A stretch of DNA of 64,000 nucleotides from Selaginella moellendorffii (Eukaryota; Plantae; Lycopodiophyta), in contig NW_003314288.1 in NCBI RefSeq assembly GCF_000143415.4, forward strand, positions 146,002 through 210,001. Reading direction: 5' to 3'. The translations under genes were made by a program, and so were the position numbers. How positions within the stretch are numbered: the first letter of the stretch is position 1; every line of letters starts with the position of its first letter. Positions 27,787-37,932 of this stretch are shown in pieces. The notes under the pieces were generated by a model. The model searched no databases. It saw only the letters and a program-made list of their open reading frames with translations, and was not told the DNA's origin.

Positions 27787-30685
27787 ATGGCCTCCGCAAG
27801 TGCGACGCATGTTCCCTCCGTGGATCTTAAGAACCGTGCTACATGGATTCAGGCAAAGGTGTTTCTAAACAACCCCGAGGGGGAGGTGGTAGCTGAGGGC
27901 TTAGCCACAGTTGTCGATCCAAGAGATGTGGTTGCTAATCAAGAATTGGGCTGGGATGATATTGGAGTTGCGATTTTAGAGGTTGTTGACACAGAAGAAA
28001 ACAGTCTGACTATTGGAAGCATTGTGTGGTGGAAATTGAGGCACTTAGTGTTTGAGAATGTGAAGGATTCACAATCAAACACCACTACAACTGATGACAG
28101 AACATCTCTTCATGGGAAAAGAAAGTACACCTTCCTAAAGCACAGCCAAAGGGATCTGAGCAACGAACCGAAAAGGCAGAAAATGGCGATGGAGGTTCGA
28201 ATGGTCTCGACAATTGCTTGTTGCAAGAGGAGGTGCTGTCAACATGCTGATTGGGATGCTATTGAAAAGGAGAGAGCAAGATACAAGACATTGTCCTGGA
28301 AGGTAGCTCGCAATTTTGTGTATGAGGCATTACGGTCATCTGTTGATGCTTCAGAACATCAGGTGGGGGGCATGGTCTTCCAGAGGGGTTTGGTCTGCAT
28401 GAAGGCATGGAGAATCATTTATGGAATCCCTCGAACCACATTCTACAGAATCAAAACTGAGTTTGAGGAACAAAGGGTTCAACAAGCAGTCCATGGGAAC
28501 GACGGTACTCACAAAACCAGGGGTCATGTTGTATATGGAGAGGCAATCTTCAAGAGGTTTGTCGAGACATGTAGCGAGCAGCAACCACATAAAACCCGCC
28601 TCTTGGAAGATGGAACTCGAGACACCCAACGAGTTCTCCCTTCCATGTATACCAAGGGGGCCATATTGGAAGATGTGAATCGGGAACTCCAGAGTAATGG
28701 CTATAGGAAGCTGAGCCAATCTAGATTTAGTAGATTGTGGAGCAACAGGTTCAGGGATGTGAGTATAGGAAAGTACTCCAGCTTTTCAAAGTGTGACGAG
28801 TGCACTGCTATCAAAATGGCTTTGTCGAAGAATTCTTGCATCGCTCAAGAGCGAGAGACGTTGGTTAGAAGGCGGCTCGACCACAACATCGAGCAGAGAA
28901 GCTGCAGGACTGCATATTATCATAACAGGATTCTCTCCATGGAGAGACCTGACTCTTACCTCTGCATCATCCACGACAAAATGGACCAGAAAAAGACATG
29001 CTTACCTCGACTCAATCCTGCCCCCAAGGCAATCTCTTCATCCATGCAGCTGCCTGTGTCTCTATTTGGCATAATCGCTCATGGGCATGGTGCCCAGAAC
29101 TATGGGAACTTCTTTGTACCTCTATGGGGTGGCGGGGGTGCAAACATGATGATTGCGTCCCTAGCAAAACACTTAAGGTCTCTGCAAAGTGCGCAGATTG
29201 AGCTGAATGGCCAACCCTTGCATAAGGCCCTTATCGATCGAACCCCATACAGGGTTCAATTGGAGGAGGAGCAAAGGCTTGCAGTATCGCGTGGGGCCCC
29301 ATGCCATCCCAGTGAATATGTTGGCCGTCAGATTGTAGGGTTATCATGTGAGGCCTCATGCCATTCCGACGAGGCTGGTCGCCCGATGAATGCACAGCCT
29401 CATCCAAACGAAGCAGAATCTCAAGGAAGTTCTTGCGGCCGATGTGGCCTTCCACCCCATCTTCTGCTCCAAACAAACAATGCTGGCAGTGAGAACAAAA
29501 ACATGTATGTCTTCGCGTACTTGGCGATGCTTGTTGCCAAAGGCATATTTGAAACGGTTACACTTGGCTTTCTCATGGTTGGGCACACTCATGAAGACGT
29601 CGATGCCATGTTCAGTCACCTGGCAGAGTCCCTCCGGCGATCCAATGTCCTCACCCTCCCACAACTCTACGATGAATTCCAAAATTGCATCAAAGGCACT
29701 GTTGAAGCTGCACTTGTGATAGAGGTTCCAGACTTTAAAGGGTTTGTAAGAGGCTACATCAGGGATGGATCCGAAATGCTGATTGGCCACTCTAAGCCTC
29801 TTCAGTTTCATTTCAGCATGCGTGACGGTGCTCCAGTGATGAGGTACAAGATGAGAGAATGGGACACAGTGTGGCTGCCAGTGGACGGCATTGAACTCTT
29901 GAAGAGAGATCCCATAACTGGGGAACCTATGATTCCTCAGGGTTCCCCACGGCCGATGCACCCGGATGGACTCAAAGACCAGGAAAGTATAGTGGCCGGG
30001 ATTAGACAGCATATTGCCTTCTGGAAGAGGGGGTTGGTGTTTGGTGGAGAATCCTATTTTAAGAGGTGCAAGCCTTTGCTTGAATACTGGGAGAAGATTA
30101 TATCTGCTATCCAAAATGGGCCGGTTGTATATGAAGAATTGGAAGAGTCCTTTTGGCCAGAACCCAGAGCACCAGATAGTAGCGGAACAATGTCCTCTGG
30201 AAATGCAGTGACAGATAACGATGTTGAGGATCACTATTGTGGGCCGAGGAACAAGAAGCTGGATTCAGCATTCAATCCAGTACAGGTCTGCAAAGGAATG
30301 GTCGTGCTTGTCAGACCCAGTAATAAAAAACAAATGATATGGGTGGGGCGCTGCATCACTGATGCAGAGGAGGACGCGGAAACTAACTCCTTCAATGTAA
30401 CTGTGGAGTGGTTCAAGCCAAGTTCCGGATATACAAAGTATTGCCTAGAAAAGAGATGGGTGCTGAATCCAAGGGATCCCAGCATGAGCATATCGGTGGA
30501 TAATGTTGTGCATGGTTGGATGCAGAAGCAAAGTGCCACCATCACCTTGCCAGACCATGCAAGAGATGCAGCAAGAGCATTCATAACCCGGGTTCAAGGT
30601 GAGATTCATTAATATTCCTTTACTAAGTTTCTAATGTATTTTATTTCAAGGTGAACAATCCGAATCTGAATCAGAGGAGGCGTGA
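27787..30685 (+). CDS. Sola-like/DUF7869 DDD transposase with an N-terminal TNP1/EnSpm-like domain; probable short last exon 30651-30685
   Basis: Uninterrupted 941-aa ORF with CCKRRCC, CMKAW..YGI, SKCDEC, IIHDKMDQKK, QTNNAGSENKN (expected catalytic D reads N) and FLMVGHTHEDVDAMFS. Acceptor TTTCAG lies just before the ATG. A 52-nt intron (30599-30650) leads to GEQSESESEEA*. Confidence 0.85.
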
Positions 30686-31325
30686 TGGCATGTGGCCTTA
30701 TGCCATTCCTAGGTGAGATGATACAAATAACAAGTATAAATTCTTAGTTGTTCTAGCAAATCTTACTTAAAGTTCAAGGTGAACAAGCCAAATATGAATT
30801 CATCGGATTGTTATAACAAATTGTGAGGTGATGGCATGAGGCGATACGCCACTTGAGAGTGGTAGCCATTCTTATATGAGGTGAGTGAAATACTTATTAG
30901 AAATACCTCATTCAATTGTGCACTTCTAAGTCTTGGTCCACTCAGTACTGTTTGCATGTTTTTATTTTAATTCTTTCTCTAAAATGTTATTTAGCATGTG
31001 GCTTCATGCCATTGCTCTCCACAATCATGCATTGAATTTTTCTATCCTTGCATAATACTTCTCCATATATATAGCATATGCGCACATGTGATATGGTTCA
31101 TTAGGCCTGATATAGTGTGTGAGGTAAAACAAAGATGATGTGATATATGCATTTACCAATCACACGTGCATAAATCTAATAATATGGTGTGTGGCCAATA
31201 TTAATGGCACATAAACCCATATTGTGGGCTTACGTGCTTTATGTACCATCATTCCCTTGCAGCGTGTGTGTTGGTTTCCTTTTATAACACAACGAACTCC
31301 ATATTTTAGGGTGAAGAGTGTTCTC

Positions 31326-31583
31326 ATGGCAAGCACAAAATCTGTAAGTGAGGCAGAAAAGGAGACAGAGAAGGAGATAGGTGAAGATGTAGAATATATA
31401 AGTCTTCCAAACTCCCCATACTATACTCCAGGTGATCATTTTTCTGAACAAACGGCAACATTAACAACTATCGAGAATGCCCCAGTAACGTCAGAGACAA
31501 CAATCCAAAGCAAAACAACTGACCCAGAGAAGGATGATAGTACCGCTAAGAGTACCAAAAAGGAGGTGTCCACTAGCGCTTAG
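31326..31583 (+). CDS. Possible small acidic Ser/Thr-rich ORF (85 aa) inside the transposon
   Basis: MASTKSVSEAEKETEKE... has coding-like composition in an AT-rich region, with acceptor TTTTAG at 31309; no recognisable domain. Confidence 0.3.
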   Translation: MASTKSVSEAEKETEKEIGEDVEYISLPNSPYYTPGDHFSEQTATLTTIENAPVTSETTIQSKTTDPEKDDSTAKSTKKEVSTSA

Positions 31584-32219
31584 GCTTATAATGGTGTGTG
31601 CCCTCATGTCATTTACTTGATCACTAAATACCTTTTTCCCTTTGCACTAGTATATCTTAATACCGGTCTGAGAAATAGAATGGCATGTGCCCTCAGGCCT
31701 TTTACTAAATCACCTTTGAAAGAAATGCAAGCCTCTATGTCGTAAGAAAAAGGTACTAGAGAAATTCCTTAATAATATGAATGTTATTTAGTTTCATGAA
31801 AATACACTAAGGGTCAAATGAGTTAAATGACTTCTCCAGACTAGCAATGCCTCTTGCTACACCTTCACAATTAGATTCATTAGAAAAAGATAACATTGAA
31901 TAATATCTAAATGTTCTCACCATTAAGTTATATGTCTGGCTAATAGGAATGACGTTCATCTTGGAAAGCTCACCACACGCTCAATGAACAAACAAATAGT
32001 GTGTGCGCGCATGCCATCGCTCTTCTTTAGCTTCAGATTCGGCTTGTTCACCTTGACAATGAGATTTATTATACAACTAGATGGACTCAGTCTGGACACA
32101 AAGTCACCGCGCTAGTCACCATGCCCCAGATATGTCTAGCCCCTGGACAAAAAACATATAATTTCACGTCATTTTCAAATACTTGAAAATTTGTACCTAG
32201 TCCCATTTTACTGAATAAA

Positions 32220-32241
32220 TCCCACTTTAACGAAATAGAGC
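32220..32241 (-). repeat. Right TIR
   Basis: Exact reverse complement of 19764-19785; a degenerate subterminal copy TCCCATTTTACTGAATA lies at 32201-32217. Confidence 0.95.
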
Positions 32242-32682
32242 ATTGATTGGGTTGATCCTGTACTAAAGAAGATATTGGTGTTGTTTGCATAGAATCAGGA
32301 TATCTTTCCAAAGGAATTACCACTATAGCTACCTCCTAATTGTGAAGTTGATTATTGGATTGAGGTCATTCTGGGTTCTAAACCACCTAAAAAAGCTCCA
32401 TATTGTTTGAACATCAAGGAGATGGCTGAACTCAAAAAGCAATTCACAAAGCTTCTTGACAAAGGTCATATTTGACCAAGCAAGTCACCTTATAGAGCAC
32501 TGGTCCTTTTTGTTATGAAAAAGGATGGAACCATGAGGATGTGTATCGACTATCAAGCACTCAATAAGATCATGGTCAAAAACAATTATCTTTTTGCCTC
32601 ATATTGATGATTTTTTTTACCAACTCTTAAAGGCTAAGTATTTTATATGACTTGATTTGCGGTCCAGGTATCATTAGATAGG

Positions 32683-33357
32683 TGTAGCACACCTTATCTC
32701 TCTCCCCTTAAGCCAACTGGAAAAGGGGCAATTGCTTGATGAGAGAGCCCTTAGTGGCTATTTTATACCCATTTATCTCTCAAGGTTCCAAAGATTCACG
32801 GTGACAGTATATCCAAATCTCATCCCATGATCACATGCGCTACACTCACCCCCCCTTCAGAGATGTCAATGTCCTTATTGACTATTGACTAACAACCCCT
32901 ACTGAGCCAAGGAGAACCAACACCTCCATTTCCGCACTCAATTTACCAATCCTTCCATTGTGTAGACCAGCTATTCCATGTGAAGCAACTAGTCATCCAC
33001 CCGTACTACAGTCCCACGGTGGATACCTTCGTCCGTGGATACTCCACACAAGAGGAAGGACGTACGCATAGATGCCCAATACATACGATTTCAAATTTAG
33101 GGGTAGGAATATACCTTGCTCAAGGGTATATTATACTTTTTAAGTAGCCACTAATCAATGGGAATCGAACCCGTGCCATTTGCTCCGATACCAACTGTAA
33201 CGCACTTTATCTCTCTCCAGTTAAGCCAACTGGAAAAGGGGCAATTACTTGATGAGAGAGCCCTTAGTGGCTATTTTATCCCCATTTATCTCTCAAGGTT
33301 CCAAGGATCCATGGTGACAGTATATCCAAATCTCATCCCATGATCACATGCACTACA
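32683..33357 (-). mobile_element. TRIM (675 bp) inserted in the RT of element B
   Basis: 162-bp LTRs at 32683-32844 and 33196-33357, TSD ATAGG, PBS 33182-33193, PPT 32845-32857, 351-bp non-coding interior. Confidence 0.93.
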
Positions 33358-35699
33358 ATAGGGGTGGCGGATCAGGATGTGGAGAAGACAGCCTTTAAGA
33401 CTCGGTATGGATCTTATGAGTTCTTTGTCATGCCATTTGGGTTATGCAATACTCTAGCAATATTCAGCACAGTGATGGATAGAATATTTGGAAATTATTT
33501 GGACACATTTGTTATCCTATGTATCAACAATGTTCTAGTCTTCAATGAAACATTGGAGGATCATTTAAAACACTTGGCGTTAGTGTTTCAGACATTGCGT
33601 GAACACAAACTATATGCTAAGGAAAGTAAATGTGCTTTTGGACAATTGCACGTAAACTTTCTTGGACATATAGTTAGTGGTGGTGAAATTGAGGTGGATC
33701 CAAAGAAGGTGGAAGTGGTGAAATCCTGGGAAATTCTGACCACTGTATTGATCATTGCTCAAATGCTCATTGATACAAGAGAAGCTTGCTAGATATGATA
33801 TTGAAGCCATATATAAACTTGGTAAAAACAATATTGTTCCGGATGCATTGAGTCATCAGGCTCAATTTTGAGCAATATTGACAATCAGTTTGGACTAGCT
33901 AGAGGATGTTTGAGCTTCTTATAGGAGTCATCCATTGGCGAAGGCAATCTTGCACCATGCGGAGTTGTCAAAGCAAGATGCTAGTAGCGAAGCGGCAAAA
34001 GTTGTTAGTCGAACCAATGTGAAGCTTTACTTCTTAGTTTGGGTGGGCTTATATTATATAAGTAAGAAAGAATGTATCTTCCCTCTAAAGATTTGTAGTT
34101 GTTGTTTCTGTAAGAACATCATGATGTTCCAATAGTAGGATATGGTGGAAAGCAAAAGACTCTGGCTTCATTGAAAAAGGGATTTTTCTAGTCTGGTATA
34201 GAAGGTGATGTAGCAGACTATATCCGTTCCTGCCCTATATGCTAGCAATATAAGTGTAGAACTAAGAAGTAGGTTGGAAAGTTGCAGTGCATTTTAACAT
34301 CGGCATGGCCATTTCAAAGTGTGACACTTGATTTCATCACTTTCTTGCCGAAGTCTAAGGGTTATGGTACTTTGATGGTGGTTGTGGATTGGTTGTCGAA
34401 GATTGCACACTTCATTCCAACTATGGGAATAGTGAATGCAAAACAAGCAACAAAGCTCTTTTTCCATGAAGTAGTGCAGGTTCGTGGTCTTCCCGAAGAA
34501 ATGTTTAGTATAGTTTATCATCCTCAAACTGATGGGTAGACTGAACGTGTGAATGCTCAAGTTGAGGATTATCTATGGTACTATGTCGTGGCAGACCAAC
34601 GCAACTAGGTTGAGCATTTAGACACAGCAAAAATTTGTTATAACAACACATTTCACAATGCTATTGACTGTTCTCCATAGGAGATGTTGCAAGGGAATGC
34701 TCGTGGGGTACCTCAATAGATTGTTGTACTGAAACCAAAGTGTCCAAAGTGTTGGTCCCAGTTGTTGAGACTTATGTGGAGCAACTACGCCAAAGTTGGT
34801 CTAGAGCTACTGAGGTGATGGGCAAAGCTCAGAATAGGTATCGACATGATAAGGATTAGTATTGATGGGATGTATCCTATCAAGTAGGAGATTAGGTGTG
34901 GCTATCTTCCCGGAATTTGAACATTAAGGGATCTTTGTCTCGAAAGTTGTTGCTAAGATATGTTGGGCCCTATCGGGTGTTAAAACGAACTGGTGATGTA
35001 TCCTATCGGTTGGATTTTCCTATGGAGATATCCAATGTTCATAATATATTTTATGCCAATCTCTTGGCTCCTTACACTATAGATGTTGCATGACATGGGG
35101 AGATTCATCCACCACTAAACATTGTGGAGGGGGCTATGGGGGGTTCCAAATGTATAGTAGGAATAGTGGTTGGAACGCATGTTCAACCACCTAAGACATT
35201 AATTTAGTTTCCATTTGCCTATATCACTCTTGGTTCTACATTCAGCTTGGGTCTAAGCCCGAGCTCCATGTTGCTCTAATTGGTAGGGTACCCTCCTCTT
35301 CGCATTAGGCTACCGGTATGCCAAAATTATGCCAGACATCATCTGACACCATTTGTGTGCACATGCTAGACATGGAGAGCTAGTGCTCGTGGGATTGTAC
35401 TGGATCCTCGTTACGTAGTGCAATGGGCTTGGAGTTCAACTCTAAATTCAAGTGCACTACATTGGCTCTGTTTTGCCTTTATCCCTTTGCTCCTTGGGCT
35501 AAATGCTCAAGAGTCGTTCTGTGCTCTAGTTCCTTCGTTCCTTAGCTCCGTGCTTGGGAGTTTGGTTTTTCTCCTTTGTTTAGTGGCCCAAGGCCTTAAA
35601 ACTTGGGTTCCACACCATTGTCTTTTGGACACGTGGCATGTGGCATGTGGCACATAAAGGGTTTAGGTTCCGTATTATCGCAAATATGACTTCGGGTAT

Positions 35700-36799
35700 C
35701 ACTCACCACTTGTAATACTATCATAACTAACATGCATCAAGATAGGGACTTTTGATTGCATGATGTGAACACAAACAATGAGATCACACTTCATTATGAA
35801 TCATCTCTCTGAGAAGAGAAAATGATTTACGTGGTTGATCCTTCGTCCCTGATAACTCTCTTTTCGGTCTTAACTTTGACTACACCTCAAGGTTGCTTTC
35901 GCACTACCTTCAGTTTAATCCAAGAAAATTTTATAAAAAAGTATGGCAATAACTACCTAAACCAATAGAAATCCCTACAATCTTGGTTGATCCATTTGTA
36001 ATCATGCCTAGGAAAGATCCACTAGTGCCGTGCTAAACATGTATAGACCAACTTATTTGCCACTCATAGCAAACTTAGAGAAGGTTTACTTTTTCCCACA
36101 GTATATAGAACAACTTATGAAACCACTGATAGGCTAATATTAATCCTGCCAACTCAAAGTATAACCTTGAATTGCTAATATGCCTCACTCACAAGCCCAA
36201 GTGCAAACTTGTGTAAGCGGAATAACTCAATCCCTCTTATGAGCCCAAGAGCAAGCTCATATACTATACAAAAGATAACCAAATTCTATACCCAAGGAAC
36301 AAATGCAAAGCCTTTGCACCCAAACGTGTACTTACTCAAATCATCATTTTCATCTTTACATATGCAACGAGACTAGTTGCCCAATCTCATTGGATAGTAC
36401 TCACTAAGACTTATCCCTCTGATACCAAATGTAGCACACATGGTTTTTACACTTTATCCTATCGTTATTTACCATAGGATAACCATGAAGCAGAACCTAA
36501 ACACTCCATATTCTATGTGCCACATGCCACATGCCCAAAGGCCAGTGGTGCGGAACCTGAGTTTTAGGGCCTTGGGCCACTGAATGAAGGAATAGAGCCA
36601 AACTCCCAAGCATGGAGCTAAAGAGTGAAGGAACTGGAACACATATTGACTCTTGAGCGTACAACCCAAGGAGTGAAAGGACAAAAGCACAGAATGACTT
36701 AGAACAGTCCTTAAATATCCAGCTTCCCAATGCCAAGACCAGCATGCAAAATGGAGCCAAATGGATTCTGGCACTATTTCAGCATACCGGTGGCCTAAC
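35700..36799 (-). mobile_element. Truncated family-X fragment (internal, PBS, part of LTR)
   Basis: Similar to about 1960-2980; PBS CTCTGATACCA precedes the LTR edge at 36430. Confidence 0.75.
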
Positions 36800-37932
36800 T
36801 GTTGCGAATGTGACTTCGGGTATCAAAAGTTACCTGTTGGCTAGTCCTTTTGGATATTCTTTTCTTACTGCCACGATGGCAGGAGGTTGGTATTGCTGGA
36901 CCCATTATTAGTTCCCACTTGAGCTAGTTGAGAAACTGATCATTGACCATGTACTTAAATCGGATAAACATAAGGTAGGAACTCCTATGTGTTTCTCGCT
37001 GAGCATACTCGGCCCAGTTTGAGAAACTCCTGTCATTGGCTTGCACTTGCTAGTATCAAGAACCCCTGCAATATTGAGCTTGGTCCCTCAATATTCGCTA
37101 GATGATAGCTTACTGTGTTTGCCAAACACCCTCGCTATCATGCCCTTTGTGTTAGTCTCATTTTGGTCCCAAATGCTATTTATGGAAAGTGTCCAGATTT
37201 GCTCATTTGGCATATCTACAGAATGTAGAGATTGGCCTAAACACAATGGTGTTCGTCCCGTGTCCAAATTCACAATCTAGCACCATTCTATATTTAATAA
37301 GTTTTAAGCTTGTCCTAGAGATTAACTCCTAATACTAAGGGAGGCTTGGGGTGAAAGCCCAAAGTGTGTGTTCCTCAAGGGGGAGGGGGGGTTATGGGGG
37401 GTTCCAAATGTATAGTAGGGATAGAGGGTAGGTCGGGCATGGCCGACCAACATGAGGCATAGTGTGACTTCCGGTTGCGTGCCTGTCCTTGTTTTGCATC
37501 TGACTTGGGTCTAAGCCCAAGTTCCATTCCATGCTGTCAAGACCCCTGACAAGATCAAGATTGGAAAATGCAAAAAGACAAAGAGAAAAGCTAGTGGAAA
37601 CAAAGAAGAGGCCTTAGACTAGCGTTGATTCAGATTGTGGAGAAATGGAATAAGGCTAACCTATATATACTATAGGTTGATGAAGCTCCACCACTCTTGG
37701 ATCGAGGACGGCCTAAATATAGCTGAGGTCGAGGAGGCGCCACATCATCATCAGGAATGTGGCTCAAGACTCAGGAATCGGGAAGTGTCTCGAGAGTCAG
37801 GAATAGGAAAGTGTCTCGAGAGTCAGGAATAGGGAAGTGTCTCGAGAGTCAGGAATGTGGTCTACAGGTCAGGAATCCGGCGAGAGTCAGGAATGTGGCA
37901 AGAATTGGGGGATTCCTGACAGCACCCCCTCC

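Larger units (their letters stand above)
19856..32017. repeat. Dispersed 22-bp palindrome ATGGCRTG-N6-CAYGCCAT, about 23 good plus 3 weak copies
   Basis: Starts at 20148, 20849, 20924, 22148, 22339, 22480, 23978, 25254, 25314, 25391, 26828, 26900, 27515, 27613, 27683, 29286, 29343, 30685, 30831, 30991, 31591, 31680, 31996; weak copies at 19856, 26161, 31071. Confidence 0.92.
19764..32241. mobile_element. 12.5-kb TIR DNA transposon, Sola-like/DUF7869 transposase, with two divergent genes
   Basis: Perfect 22-bp TIRs: GCTCTATTTCGTTAAAGTGGGA (19764-19785) and TCCCACTTTAACGAAATAGAGC (32220-32241). They exactly interrupt gypsy B between PR and RT. No clean TSD (ATAA vs ATTG). Confidence 0.92.
17155..35672 (+). 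mobile_element. Old Ty3/gypsy element B with family-X-like LTRs, decayed; hosts the DNA transposon and the TRIM
   Basis: LTR start TGTTGCGAATGTG at 17155. Gag, CFHCRESGHRSLEC and IIDTGA lie at 17870-19763. RT resumes at 32242 ([18 protein letters not shown]), with KTAFKTRYGSYEF at about 33380 and integrase TLDFITFLP/YHPQTDG/RYVGPY at 34280-35090. Partial 3' LTR at about 35130-35672. Many stops and deletions. Confidence 0.85.

Noticed and set aside
29356-30234. 292-aa antisense ORF and other shadow ORFs over the transposase and pol genes
   Set aside because: Antisense shadows of real coding frames with no motifs.
19856-32017. CRISPR-like reading of the palindromes
   Set aside because: Spacing is irregular (tens of bp to over 1.5 kb), copies lie in introns and exons, there are no cas genes, and the context is eukaryotic.
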